In this document: in pieces, positions 35,541 through 46,185 of the stretch
How positions within the stretch are numbered: the stretch's first letter is position 1
How the letters are laid out: each line of letters opens with the position of its first letter
IMG/VR virus record: IMGVR_UViG_3300008216_000009
Coordinates: 1 to 64,000 of that record
DNA length: 64,000 bases
From: a virus
Direction: 5' to 3' (one strand)
Translations under genes and position numbers: made by a program
The notes under the pieces: generated by a model
What the model was told of the DNA's origin: nothing
The model's input: the letters and a program-made list of their open reading frames with translations, nothing else
Database searches by the model: none

Positions 35541-36173
35541 GTGCCAGCCGAATCTGAGTCCCAGAGAAGGGCTGCTGGTGCGGCTTTAGGAGCAAAACGG
35601 GGTGGTTCTGTTAAAAGCCTTCGTGGGTCTTCTAAAGGTATGTATGAAAGTATGACTGAGGACGAACTGGAAGATTTCGCCAGCAAATCCCTTCAGTCGT
35701 CTCCTTCCAGGGAGGGAGAACCAAGCCACGTCCCTTCGTTGCCTAAAGCTACTGAATCTTTGAGTACCTTAGATAAATCTGCCAGTTTAAATATTCTCGT
35801 TAAGACTATAGATTTTTACTTGAAAGAGGGTTCTCAATCCTCTATTGCCGGGTTTACCTCTAAGAATTTTGATATTTGTCCTAATGCTGTAAATGTTTTC
35901 AGGAAGTTAGAGGGTAGTGTCAATTCGAAGACGAAAGACTCCATTGTATTTGCGGCTAAGGCGACTGATGATTTTTTGGGCGTAGAGAAAAAGGCAGTAT
36001 CAAGCAAGTCTGCTTCTCTGGATGATATAGAAAATATGGTAAACCTCATGCAAGCCGCCCATTTTCATTCTGGAGAGGTAAGTAGTCTCATAGGAGAAGA
36101 TCTATCTACCGATTTTTCCTTTTCTACTGGGCATCTTATTACGGTAATGGGGCATTATGAGTCGGAACAGTAG
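35541..36173 (+). CDS. DUF3008-like N-terminal domain protein
   Basis: MPAESESQRRAAGAALGAKRG...MYESMTEDELEDFAS. Confidence 0.7.
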   Translation: MPAESESQRRAAGAALGAKRGGSVKSLRGSSKGMYESMTEDELEDFASKSLQSSPSREGEPSHVPSLPKATESLSTLDKSASLNILVKTIDFYLKEGSQSSIAGFTSKNFDICPNAVNVFRKLEGSVNSKTKDSIVFAAKATDDFLGVEKKAVSSKSASLDDIENMVNLMQAAHFHSGEVSSLIGEDLSTDFSFSTGHLITVMGHYESEQ

Positions 36174-37749
36174 GAGACCCCGTACCACTGTTTCAGAATT
36201 AGAAGTCTCTATCATAGGGGCTATAGATGGGTATTTTTTAAAATATGGGTGGGGCGATGAGGATTTTGTAGATGGTGACATGGGTGATGCGGGCAGATGG
36301 GTTACTACCACTCCCGATGTTAAGGAAACTAAACAAGTAGCCTCCCCTAGTGACACTCCAGTGGAGTCCCCAGAGCTTCCAGCCGACGTTGAAATGCCAG
36401 AAGCCGTAGGTAAGGACTGGAGCAGCGGGAAAACTCCTGCCCCAGTCAGCCAGAGCTATAGCATGGACTTCTACGGCGGTGGAAATGAGGAGGATTTTGC
36501 AGCCGCCCCAGAGTGGATAACCCAGGAGCGGGAGGGTGGGTACTCCGCAGGAGCCGTTTCAACCCCGAAGGTAACATCACAACCTGTTCAAACGACGGAG
36601 GAGTATTATGATGCTGATATTGCGGAGGAGACACTTACGCCTTATGTAGCCCCAGTATCCACTGTGGACACTTCTAGTTATGAGGATGCAGATGCTTATG
36701 CATCCGAATATGAGTCAAATATACCCATTCCCCCTACCGTAGAACCTTCTCCGACTAGTGACCTGGATTCGGATGTGGCGGCTTATGAACCTTATGATAG
36801 TCAAGAAGAATGGTTGGGGGGGTATGTAGCCCCTGCCGCAGGGTCATCATCGGTTGACCCAGTCGATACCTATTCGTCTGGACAATGGGATGATGACCCT
36901 GAGGCAGATATTCACGGAGATTTCCCTAATTATGGTGGGGGATCACCCATTACTTCCCAGCCTTCACCTATCCCTGTAGACACTTCTAGTTATGAGGATG
37001 CTGATACCGAATGGACATATGATTTTCCTAGTCAGACAACTGACCCCCTCCCTCCTGTTAGCAATGCAGATCCTACACCCGATTATGGGGATGCTGATCA
37101 GAGCTATGACCCGAATTTAGAGCCACTTATACCAATAACAGACAACACTGTGGGGAGTGTAGATCCTATAGATACAGTAGCTATAGGAGTTACCGATCCC
37201 GATAATGTTGCCATAGATCATAGAGGTCCCGGTTCGTCTGGTTCTAGTGGTAATATGGGTGGTTCCTCAGGAACCATTGATAATGATCAAACCGACTCCG
37301 TTGTCCCTGGAGAACATGAAGACGACGGCGGCAACTGGTTCACGAATTTCCCAGGTAATGTTGTCGATGTTGGTGGTGATGTGGTTAGTGGTGGAAAAGA
37401 TCTTGTTTCGGGTGCCTATAATACTGTCACCGATGCGGCGGGTAAGGTTTATGACCTAGCGTCTGCTGGGGTGGGCAGTGGGATTGATATCGCAGGTAAT
37501 TTCGTAGATACTGCTGCATCAGCAGCAGGTTTACTGCCGTGGACTGAGTCCAACCTGAATATACATGATTCAGGCACCACATCATCCGCCAACACTGCTG
37601 TTGCTCACCTGGGCACAGGTGGGTCTGGCCCAGGTACTCCTGCTTACATACCCGACAGGGACGGCTACGATAAGAGTAAGAGTCGTACATGGGGCCATGA
37701 AGATGATAGTATAAAGGAAATAACCAGCTATTTAGAGCGGTACGGATAG
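36157..37749 (+). CDS. Acidic Pro/Ser/Asp-rich low-complexity protein
   Basis: 530-aa ORF; internal VDTSSYEDAD repeat. Confidence 0.65.
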   Translation: MSRNSRRPRTTVSELEVSIIGAIDGYFLKYGWGDEDFVDGDMGDAGRWVTTTPDVKETKQVASPSDTPVESPELPADVEMPEAVGKDWSSGKTPAPVSQSYSMDFYGGGNEEDFAAAPEWITQEREGGYSAGAVSTPKVTSQPVQTTEEYYDADIAEETLTPYVAPVSTVDTSSYEDADAYASEYESNIPIPPTVEPSPTSDLDSDVAAYEPYDSQEEWLGGYVAPAAGSSSVDPVDTYSSGQWDDDPEADIHGDFPNYGGGSPITSQPSPIPVDTSSYEDADTEWTYDFPSQTTDPLPPVSNADPTPDYGDADQSYDPNLEPLIPITDNTVGSVDPIDTVAIGVTDPDNVAIDHRGPGSSGSSGNMGGSSGTIDNDQTDSVVPGEHEDDGGNWFTNFPGNVVDVGGDVVSGGKDLVSGAYNTVTDAAGKVYDLASAGVGSGIDIAGNFVDTAASAAGLLPWTESNLNIHDSGTTSSANTAVAHLGTGGSGPGTPAYIPDRDGYDKSKSRTWGHEDDSIKEITSYLERYG

Positions 37750-37776
37750 GGTGTTCAATCTAAAGGTAAGGGGATT

Positions 37777-38103
37777 GTGGGAATTATGACTTTAGTCAAC
37801 AAGGTTAAGAGATCAAAGGGAATACAGGAAGTAGAGAAAAAACGAAAACTTAACATAGCCTGGATCCTTGAAAATAAGGGAGATCTGTTAGAGAATTATC
37901 CTAATCGTTGGGTAGTAGTGGACGATGAGTCAATACAGTTGGTAGAGATTGATTTCTCTAATATGTATCGAAATATGAGAAATCGTGGATTGAATGACAC
38001 ATTGGTTTATTATTACGTTATTGAGTTGGATCCGCCCCCAATATTTGTGACCCCAGTGGAGATAGAATATGACTGGTCAGAAAAAGCCGGATGGTACAAT
38101 TGA
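37777..38103 (+). CDS. DUF5678-like protein
   Basis: WILEN..DLLENYPNRWVVV. Confidence 0.5.
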   Translation: MGIMTLVNKVKRSKGIQEVEKKRKLNIAWILENKGDLLENYPNRWVVVDDESIQLVEIDFSNMYRNMRNRGLNDTLVYYYVIELDPPPIFVTPVEIEYDWSEKAGWYN

Positions 38104-39046
38104 TAGGACATTTCTTCAGGGATTAGACCTAATGCTTGGGTCTTTGATACAGAAGAATGATGTTCTGGGGGAAGAACCTATCCCAGATTCAAATGGGGAT
38201 GTTGATGTTGGCTCTGTACTTGAAGATGCTGATAATGGGGCAATGGACAAGCAAAAAGATGATGAATCTTCAGAATCTGCTACATCTGAAACAGATTCAC
38301 TTGAAGTCGCTACTGATCTAGGAGACAAGACCAATCTTCCTCCAGAGATGGGGCGTAAAGAGGACAAGGGCGAGGAGGGACTTGTTGACGATGGGTCAAT
38401 AGCTGAGCCTATGTTACGTCGTAGGGAAATTCGAAAAGCTGTATTGGGGGGTATGGATCGTGGTGTAGATCTTTTTCAATTATGGGCTGATGTAGACAAG
38501 GTAATAGAGAAATCTTCAGATTATTCTCCTCATACATCGGATGTAGATATTTTGAAATCATTCGATTTATGTGAGTGCACTAAAACTGAGGACATAGTTG
38601 AGGGAACCCTCGTTTATAAGATGCTTACAGATAGAGGTAGCCGACCTTCCAGTGAGTGGTGGAATGAATGTGTTACGTTTGCAAAGAGTATAGAGGGCAT
38701 GGAAGAACCTGCATTTTTTGCAGCTTTTATGTATTACGAGCCTGATAATTTCAATCCTGAGAATTTTATGAAGGGATTGAATGACACTGGGGGCACGCCG
38801 AGGGCATCTGGACGTGGGGTATCTCACGATACCGAAATAGATGAGAATATAGGGGCGGCTGGTGGTCAGGCTATTGACGGTCTGGGTATGTCTAATGACG
38901 GAGAAGGGTTCGACAAGGAGTTTATGGAGGGCGGGGGCAACACTTCGGGCGGCTCTGCGTCTGTTAAGCATTGCAGTCATGACGGCAAGAATTTTGAAGA
39001 TGAATGTGACTGCCCAAACCATGAAGATCCTGTACACAAGACTTGA
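38069..39046 (+). CDS. Acidic head-region protein
   Basis: 325-aa ORF upstream of the protease gene. Confidence 0.65.
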   Translation: MTGQKKPDGTIDRTFLQGLDLMLGSLIQKNDVLGEEPIPDSNGDVDVGSVLEDADNGAMDKQKDDESSESATSETDSLEVATDLGDKTNLPPEMGRKEDKGEEGLVDDGSIAEPMLRRREIRKAVLGGMDRGVDLFQLWADVDKVIEKSSDYSPHTSDVDILKSFDLCECTKTEDIVEGTLVYKMLTDRGSRPSSEWWNECVTFAKSIEGMEEPAFFAAFMYYEPDNFNPENFMKGLNDTGGTPRASGRGVSHDTEIDENIGAAGGQAIDGLGMSNDGEGFDKEFMEGGGNTSGGSASVKHCSHDGKNFEDECDCPNHEDPVHKT

Positions 39047-39084
39047 GCGTAGTTTCGCTTCGACGTGATCGAAGTGAGGAGCAT

Positions 39085-42000
39085 ATGACACAAGAGCTAC
39101 TTAAACATGTTGATGAGATGATTGAATCTGTGATTGTCTCAGAGCTTGGGTTCTTTCAGGACAATAATTACACCATCGATCTTTCTGTGAAGACTGAAGA
39201 TGGTGAGGATTCTTTTTTTGTGCGCCGGAACGGTGCTGTTCTCTATGCTGGACCTGACGGAGCGAAGGCCGCTTCCCAGTTTTATTCTCAGATAGCTCAG
39301 GTTCATGAGGATGACCAGAACGGTGCTGATCCAGATTTTGCTACTCTGAGAGAAATTTTAGAGGCTCGAAACCAGCATGTGAAAGAGGCTCTTTCTCAAC
39401 TGGGCCACACGGATTTGGCCCGGTCTTTGAGTAAACTTACTTTCAAATCTATTGATAATGAATGGCACGATATATTCTTTTCTCCCGATGCTACAGAGGA
39501 GATAATCAAGGGAGAGCGTGTAGAGAAGCTTATACCTGCCGTTATCGGAGCGGCTTTAGGGGCAGTGGGCCAGGTTGCGGGTACAGTAGTGGATGCTGCT
39601 ACGAATGTGGAAGCTTCGGATCCAGATGAGACCAAGCCAAAAAGTAAGGCTCCTAAAGTGGGGGGTGTAGATAAATCTGTTTCTGACAATCTTATTTACA
39701 CTGAGGATGATCGTTCTGAGGAAGCAAAAGATTTAGAGAGTCCAGCCAATTTTGATGAGGCTGCCAGCAAACCCAATCTTATTATGCGTCAGGAGCTTGA
39801 GAACACTTCTGAATACCAGGGAGTGTTCTTCTTCATTAAAAATTCTTTTGAAGAGCTTCTCTTTGTGAAGCGCACTGGTGCTCCTTATTGGGAACTTCCC
39901 GGCGGATTAAAGAAGGAGGACGAATCTCTTAGAGATGCATTGAAGCGTCAGATTGCCCTATTAAACTTAAAAGCACGACAGGCAAAACAACTTGGCTCTG
40001 TCAGTATGGGTGAGGGCCATGTAAGTGGGATGATATTTGCGGTATCGGTGTCTGGTCAGATAGTTCTTCCTGATAAATATGATTCACTCACATGGGTCTC
40101 CGTAGGAAGTTTGGCGAATGTGCCATTGGCCCCTGATTACAATATCGATGAATTAAAGGACATGATCACTACCTCTATGGATGATCCTGAGGATAGGCTT
40201 TATCTGTCCACCAATGTTAGCAATGATATTTACAAACAACGAGATATAACTGATTTAGGTGATCCATTTCAGTCGGTGGGCGATAATTATGTTCCTCCTG
40301 GGGTTCGTGGCTCAGTTGTTCAAGATGGGGTTCGTGGAGGTGTCCAAGCTAGAGAGATAGGGGACAATCTGAAACATCTTCGTAACCAAGTCGGACTTAA
40401 ACACCATGAGGAGTCTGAGGGTGTTTTTAAGTACCCAGACAATAATCCAATACCTGAGGGTGAGGATGAAGATCTGGATCCCGGAAGGGAGCATGTTGAG
40501 GAGGAGAATAACCCCTATCTACATAAGAGTCGGGACGGTTCTCGACAGTCATATATGGGTCTTAGACAGTCATATATGGGCCTTAGACAGCCAGTAAATA
40601 AGGAATCTCCTGTGTGGGAGACGGAGACCGATAGTGAGTATGTCGAGAAATTCGATACCCAAGGTTGGGATCCCGGTCACCCAGAAACAATAAATGATAG
40701 TCGCATGCAACCTAGAGGTATTCCTCAGGAGCGGCTAAGTGAGCGTATTGAGAAGGGTGAAGATGAGGGAATAGGGGCTAAAAGAACACTTGTAAAGGTT
40801 AATGAGTACTCTAAAAGACTTATAGATATTTTAGGTGACAATGAAGAAATAGATTTTTGGGTTCTCGATAAGATTTCTCGTACAGGCTCCTATATGAGCG
40901 ATATATATCATCATTTGACTGATTCTAGGAAACTTGATGTTCAGCAGAAAGCATATCCTTTCACGGTAGACAGGCCGGAAGATATGCAGGATCCGATTTC
41001 TGCTCAACGCAAAAAAGACAAATTATCTCCTGCCAGTGAGGAAGCTCTTTCCAGTGCAGAGGCTGGGACCGGTACTCAAGCTTTTAGTTCTGGAGCAGTA
41101 GTAGATTTACCTGAATCTATGGATGCTGAGATAGGTGTTCAACCGCATGCCGTACAGGGTTCTGGATCTGAGGGTGTTGAGGGGGGTGGAGATGGGAGCA
41201 TAGATATGATTCCAACTCCAGATGCCTCTATGAATATTGATGAGGCCGAGAAGGCTTCGGAGTTCGATTCAAGATTGAGATCCCTTAGAAAGAAAGATCC
41301 ACTTGTTAGAAAAGATACTGTTGGATCATATGATGATCACCATCATGATAGATTATCCAAAGTAAATACTTTTGAATCTAGGTTGGTTGAGTTAAAAGAA
41401 GGTGGAGGTGATGGTGGGGGAGGTGGCAGTTTTGGTGGGGATGGCGGTAGTGGAACTGCTATGACCTCTGGTGGAACTCACACTGCTACATATGGTGGTG
41501 GGGGGACTTCTACTGCTTATGACAGTTCTTTGAAGCCCAAATCAGCCGAAGTAACTAAATCTGATTCTGACAAAGAAGAAGAAAAAGAGTCTGAAGTAGA
41601 AACTATATTTGAGAATGTAGCTGAAACTGTAGATAGCAGTTTGGAGAAAAATGCTGATGTTTACGGCACTACGGAGGGGCTATCTCAGCTACCAGCCCCA
41701 GACGTGCCTGAGCTTGGACAGACCAAAGATCCTAAAAAATCTAATTCAATAGATAGGCATAGGCCGGGGGATTCAGAGTCTAGAAGAAGGATGGACGGTA
41801 GGGGTGTTCGTAATGAACCGTTTCCTCCTGGGCAGGAGCCTATAGGGGATGATGTCAGTAATTTAGTTATTGCTGAGAATGAGGATACTTACAAGCCCGC
41901 AGAGCTTGAAGAGAGGGCCGAGAACGAAATTGTCCGAAGAAAATTCATAGACGAAGATTCTCATAGGATTCGTACTAATGATATGGCTGCGGAGCAATAT

Positions 42001-42735
42001 ACGAATTTATCCTATGATACTCGTCTTACACCTGAGAACCAGCTAGGCGACGCTGTTTCGGGTGTTGTAGCGACTTTGCTTTCTCCCATGCTGGCAAAGA
42101 GTGGAGACGATCCTAGTAATATAGATGTGGGTCTTATGAAAGTCCTGGTTCCCGATGGTATCGAGAAACAGACTGATTTCATGGACACCAAGAATACTCT
42201 GGTTGTTGCTGGGTGGGGGAATTATTACGTCATAGATCAAGAGGGCCACAGAATTGGTATAGAGGGAATGAGGCGAGCTTTAGAGGAATTTTTAAAGCGT
42301 CCAGAATATGCCAATGTGAATATTTTCCATTCTGGGATACAGGTAGGTCAGATTCTTCCAGAATTCACTGATGAGCACGGTAAATTATGGAAAACTGAAG
42401 TAAGACCTGAGGGAATGTTTGTTGTGGCTGCCATTAGAAATGATCTTGAAGTTGCTCGTAAGGCTATGAGAGAGATAATGAAAGGCACTTTACGGGGATT
42501 CAGTATTGCGGGTAATGCTAAAGATAAAGAGTTGAAGTGTGACCATGGTAAATGCTGGACCGAGGTTACAGATATGGAAATGTATGAAGTCACCCTTTGT
42601 GTTCAGCCTATGAATCAAAATTCTTACATAACAGACATTCTTCAAATGCCGGACGCACAAGTATGCCCAGATTGCTATGAGGGTGTTCAAGTTGAGTACG
42701 ATTCGAACCTTAATATTCAGGGTGTTAGTATCTAA
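39085..42735 (+). CDS. Large polyprotein: Nudix-like domain plus C-terminal prohead protease
   Basis: LLFVKR...WELPGG....ESLRDALKRQ (degenerate Nudix box); VVAGWG...D.EG, NIFHSGIQVG, KGTLRGFSIAG and EVTLC..PMN (HK97/XkdF-type protease); precedes scaffold and capsid. Confidence 0.82.
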   Translation: MTQELLKHVDEMIESVIVSELGFFQDNNYTIDLSVKTEDGEDSFFVRRNGAVLYAGPDGAKAASQFYSQIAQVHEDDQNGADPDFATLREILEARNQHVKEALSQLGHTDLARSLSKLTFKSIDNEWHDIFFSPDATEEIIKGERVEKLIPAVIGAALGAVGQVAGTVVDAATNVEASDPDETKPKSKAPKVGGVDKSVSDNLIYTEDDRSEEAKDLESPANFDEAASKPNLIMRQELENTSEYQGVFFFIKNSFEELLFVKRTGAPYWELPGGLKKEDESLRDALKRQIALLNLKARQAKQLGSVSMGEGHVSGMIFAVSVSGQIVLPDKYDSLTWVSVGSLANVPLAPDYNIDELKDMITTSMDDPEDRLYLSTNVSNDIYKQRDITDLGDPFQSVGDNYVPPGVRGSVVQDGVRGGVQAREIGDNLKHLRNQVGLKHHEESEGVFKYPDNNPIPEGEDEDLDPGREHVEEENNPYLHKSRDGSRQSYMGLRQSYMGLRQPVNKESPVWETETDSEYVEKFDTQGWDPGHPETINDSRMQPRGIPQERLSERIEKGEDEGIGAKRTLVKVNEYSKRLIDILGDNEEIDFWVLDKISRTGSYMSDIYHHLTDSRKLDVQQKAYPFTVDRPEDMQDPISAQRKKDKLSPASEEALSSAEAGTGTQAFSSGAVVDLPESMDAEIGVQPHAVQGSGSEGVEGGGDGSIDMIPTPDASMNIDEAEKASEFDSRLRSLRKKDPLVRKDTVGSYDDHHHDRLSKVNTFESRLVELKEGGGDGGGGGSFGGDGGSGTAMTSGGTHTATYGGGGTSTAYDSSLKPKSAEVTKSDSDKEEEKESEVETIFENVAETVDSSLEKNADVYGTTEGLSQLPAPDVPELGQTKDPKKSNSIDRHRPGDSESRRRMDGRGVRNEPFPPGQEPIGDDVSNLVIAENEDTYKPAELEERAENEIVRRKFIDEDSHRIRTNDMAAEQYTNLSYDTRLTPENQLGDAVSGVVATLLSPMLAKSGDDPSNIDVGLMKVLVPDGIEKQTDFMDTKNTLVVAGWGNYYVIDQEGHRIGIEGMRRALEEFLKRPEYANVNIFHSGIQVGQILPEFTDEHGKLWKTEVRPEGMFVVAAIRNDLEVARKAMREIMKGTLRGFSIAGNAKDKELKCDHGKCWTEVTDMEMYEVTLCVQPMNQNSYITDILQMPDAQVCPDCYEGVQVEYDSNLNIQGVSI

Positions 42736-42826
42736 ATTTTCAATTTATAGACTTTTTGCAAAAAACTTTACATCTGTAACACTTAGTCGTTATAGTATTT
42801 AGTAACCTTTGAAGGAGGTATGAGGA

Positions 42827-43885
42827 ATGGCAAATCGCCAAGAAGAACTGTTGCCTATTCTCAAGGCTCTTCGGGAGTATATATCCAAGGAGTATGCGGT
42901 AAATTATCCCCCGCATGTCCGTGGTGAAGATGCTTCCAACAAGGAACTTCCTGCTAACTGGCAGGATAAGCTCGACCCCATCACGGGTGGAGACACTGTG
43001 GGTAGGGACAAATTCGGATCTCAGGGCCAGAATACGACAAAAGCTGGCTCACAGTCCGAAGATGCCTATATCCATAAGTCTGAATTGGAGCAGATCCTTA
43101 AGGATTTTGTTTCCAAGCACTACGTGGATGGTATGGACGTTCAGCAACGTGGCGCACGTGGCGACAATGCTGGATTTGCCTACCCGGGTGAAGAGCGAAG
43201 AGTTCCTGAGGGCTTAGAGAAGCACCATGGGGAAGAGATGGAGAAGAACGAGGAAGAGTTGAACGGGAACGGATTCCCGCCGCCAGCAGAAGAGGAAGAG
43301 AATGGTCTTCCTACTATGGAAGAGGCTGGCGAAGAGGAAGAAGATGACGTGCTGGGCGAGGAAGAGGAAGACGAGGAGATAGAGGGCGTTGCTGCGGGCA
43401 ATATGGCCTATAGCAAGGACCGAGCAGTTTCAAATCTTCTCAAAGATATTAAGGGTCTTCTAGTTCAGAAGCAGACCGAGAGGTCTGAGTTTGGCAGTCT
43501 TAAGAAAGAGTTGGACATCATAAAGAAGTCCATGCCCAATCAGATCAAGCAGGGTGTCACTGCTGGGATGAAGAAGTTCAATTTGAATCCTAGTGTTAGT
43601 GATCAGGCTACAAGGGTTCCAGTTGGGGCGGCTTCCCCTCCTGCAGCCTCGCCTATGCCTGACAAGAGAATCGGCGTTGAGGGAGAGTCTTTTGCTAAGA
43701 CGGATCCCGAAGCCAATTGGGCAGCCCAGGAACAGTTTACTAACGCCGTTGAGACGATTTTGAGCGGTAACGACGCTGACGACATTCGAGGCACCTTCAA
43801 GAAGGTTAACTCGATGAGGAATCAGTCTGGTGAGCTTACGCCGCAAACCCTGTACTACTATCCTAGGAACGGGGGCGCACAGTAA
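42827..43885 (+). CDS. Probable capsid scaffolding protein
   Basis: Glu-rich, coiled-coil, located between protease and capsid; GGAGG RBS. Confidence 0.7.
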   Translation: MANRQEELLPILKALREYISKEYAVNYPPHVRGEDASNKELPANWQDKLDPITGGDTVGRDKFGSQGQNTTKAGSQSEDAYIHKSELEQILKDFVSKHYVDGMDVQQRGARGDNAGFAYPGEERRVPEGLEKHHGEEMEKNEEELNGNGFPPPAEEEENGLPTMEEAGEEEEDDVLGEEEEDEEIEGVAAGNMAYSKDRAVSNLLKDIKGLLVQKQTERSEFGSLKKELDIIKKSMPNQIKQGVTAGMKKFNLNPSVSDQATRVPVGAASPPAASPMPDKRIGVEGESFAKTDPEANWAAQEQFTNAVETILSGNDADDIRGTFKKVNSMRNQSGELTPQTLYYYPRNGGAQ

Positions 43886-45201
43886 TGACAACGCAGAATG
43901 ATCTCTCCATAGCTGAATATATCGGTGCTGCCGAGCGAAACCTTCGCTCAAGTCTGATGCCGCCTGGGTACTTTGCTAAGCAGACGTACCTGCAGGTATC
44001 GGACGTGTTCACGGCGACTTATGGCCGCAAGGTCTGGGACGCATTGAACAACCAGACCCGGTTCTGGAACATACTTCGAAAGGTACAGTGGGGTCCCACA
44101 ACTGGTTGGCGTGTTCGCTCCGACAGGGGTTCGAACCGCTCTCGACCAGTGACTGAGACTGGAGCACTTCCTACTGTCGATGTCTCTGCCTATCAGGCAG
44201 TCGATTCGGCACCAAGGATTATGGCTACAGACTTTGGTGTCTCACTCAAGTCCCAGATTATGTCTGGGTTGGAAGGTGGCATGGGCGACAACCTTGCGGT
44301 TGAGCAAGAAGCTGCTGCAAGGGACCACATCAAGGAGCTTAACTCTGAGCTTCTTCTTCGCTCCAACGGAATTGTCACCACAGGTGGTGCCTCTGCTACA
44401 GGGGCAGTGTTAGGTGCTGGTAATACGTTCCGAATTGGTGACACCATTAGTGACACGGGTCTCAGTGATGCTTCAAAGGTAATTTCGGGCATCTCTGGTA
44501 ACGTTCTTACTTATACTGGTGGTGGAAACCTTACAGACGGTGCTATCGCTTATGCGAAAGCCCGTGCTGGTCTGACCTCGATTGATGACATCGTTGAGCA
44601 GGACGCTCGTACTATTGCGGGTGTTACCCTAGGCTCTGGCATCGGGGCAGATGTTTACAACCAGTCCACTAGGACGGCGGGTGCGTGGAATGCTGCTGCA
44701 ACTGTTCTTGCGAATAGTGGCACAGGCAGGAACCTTACCCTGTCTCTCCTAGACCAGGCCATTAGGGAAGTTCGTATCAATGGTGCGGATCCCGACGTAA
44801 TCCTTATGGGTTACGACCAGTTCGACAGGCTTTCTTCACTCCTACAGGCGCAGCAGCGTTACATGGACTGGGGCGAGTTCGTTGTAAAGGTTGGCGACGA
44901 GAGTACCCTTCCCGGTTCGCATGCTGGGTTCCAGGTTTCGACCTATAGGGGTATTCCAGTCATCGTGGATCCCGACATCCAGACTTCCTACACGGCTGCG
45001 GATGCCGAACTTGGCTCTAACGTGTACGTGCTTGACACGAGGTATCTGGAACTCGCTATTGCTGCTCCTACGCAGTACATCGATAACAGGGACTTCTTCC
45101 AGGCGAACGCCTTTGTCCTTCGTGGACTCTTCTACACCATTGGTGAGTTGAGGGCACTTCGTATGGATACACACTCCAAGATCACGGATTTGAATGCTTA
45201 G
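43885..45201 (+). CDS. Major capsid protein (HK97 fold)
   Basis: Position, 438 aa, YGRKVW..LN...W...GWRV, STYRGIPVIVD, VYVLDT; followed by terminator 45222-45251. Confidence 0.85.
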   Translation: MTTQNDLSIAEYIGAAERNLRSSLMPPGYFAKQTYLQVSDVFTATYGRKVWDALNNQTRFWNILRKVQWGPTTGWRVRSDRGSNRSRPVTETGALPTVDVSAYQAVDSAPRIMATDFGVSLKSQIMSGLEGGMGDNLAVEQEAAARDHIKELNSELLLRSNGIVTTGGASATGAVLGAGNTFRIGDTISDTGLSDASKVISGISGNVLTYTGGGNLTDGAIAYAKARAGLTSIDDIVEQDARTIAGVTLGSGIGADVYNQSTRTAGAWNAAATVLANSGTGRNLTLSLLDQAIREVRINGADPDVILMGYDQFDRLSSLLQAQQRYMDWGEFVVKVGDESTLPGSHAGFQVSTYRGIPVIVDPDIQTSYTAADAELGSNVYVLDTRYLELAIAAPTQYIDNRDFFQANAFVLRGLFYTIGELRALRMDTHSKITDLNA

Positions 45202-45359
45202 TTAGGGGTTTATTAGTGGGTAGGTAGGGGATCTCAAAGTCCCCTACCTACTCTAGAGTTTTAACAACAAAATTTAGTCAGTTTTTCTTGTCATGAGTAT
45301 CCGAGGGAAACCTTGGAGAGGTTGGTATAGGTGGAAGTGGCAGGAAAAGGAGTTTTTAG

Positions 45360-45746
45360 ATGGCTGTTACATGGACAACGACAATAATTCACCGAAGTGT
45401 TTTTGGTAACAAGAGAATTGTTACCGCAGACATAGAAGCTACTGGCACGAGCACCGTCACAGCGACGGGAGATGCCTATGCTCCATCTGAGCTAGGTCTT
45501 ACAGGCTTTGACATAGTCATGATGAGTGGATTCACCCTCAGTAATACGGGAGGGGCTACTCAAACAGCGGCACAGTCTGTGACTGCTGCTGATACAGGAT
45601 ATTTCCCTGTATATAACTATACCCAAGAGTCAATATCTACCCATCATCTGGGGCCAGCAGATCTGTCTTCGGTGGGTCCTAGCATTGTTGCTACTGGCAT
45701 CAATATAACTGGTGCCAAGATAAGGCTCATGGCAGTAGGTTACTAG
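45360..45746 (+). CDS. Putative capsid decoration/minor head protein
   Basis: Directly after the capsid gene; beta-rich; ends RLMAVGY. Confidence 0.55.
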   Translation: MAVTWTTTIIHRSVFGNKRIVTADIEATGTSTVTATGDAYAPSELGLTGFDIVMMSGFTLSNTGGATQTAAQSVTAADTGYFPVYNYTQESISTHHLGPADLSSVGPSIVATGINITGAKIRLMAVGY

Positions 45747-45819
45747 TTTTTACAACTGAATATTGGGTTTTGGGGTGGTACGAGTCAGCTCGACTACTGA
45801 ATTTTTGACTAGAATTAGA

Positions 45820-45852
45820 AAAATGGGGTAGTCGTTTTGGCTACCCCATTTT
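45820..45852 (+). terminator. Bidirectional intrinsic terminator
   Basis: AAAATGGGGTAGTC-GTTTT-GGCTACCCCATTTT. Confidence 0.8.
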
Positions 45853-45979
45853 GTATTGGAGAGATATGGCAAGACGTAACTGGACACAGTGTAAGTGCGG
45901 AGCAAAGTTGCACGTGAAGAAGGGCGAAAAGATGTGTTATCCGTGTAGGGTTAAGGAGAGGAAAGAATAGGGTAGGGTT

Positions 45980-46174
45980 ATGAAAAATTTAAGTTTATTT
46001 ATGGGCAAAATAAGACCTCAAATTTTCTTAGCACTATGTATTTTAGGAATAGTGGCGATATTAGGAATTTGGCACGGTCTTAATGAGGTCACGGTTGGCT
46101 GTATAGCGGGTATAATTGCGTTAGCAAAAGATGTTTTACAGGTAGATTCTGGTAATGGGGCTGAGGAAGAGTAG
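45980..46174 (+). CDS. Two-TM small membrane protein (holin-like)
   Basis: Two hydrophobic helices, acidic tail. Confidence 0.55.
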   Translation: MKNLSLFMGKIRPQIFLALCILGIVAILGIWHGLNEVTVGCIAGIIALAKDVLQVDSGNGAEEE

Positions 46175-46185
46175 GGGGTTAAGGT

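Noticed and set aside
40544-40590. 21-bp tandem duplication (RQSYMGL x2) in the protease polyprotein
   Set aside because: Simple in-frame slippage in a disordered region with no further copies.
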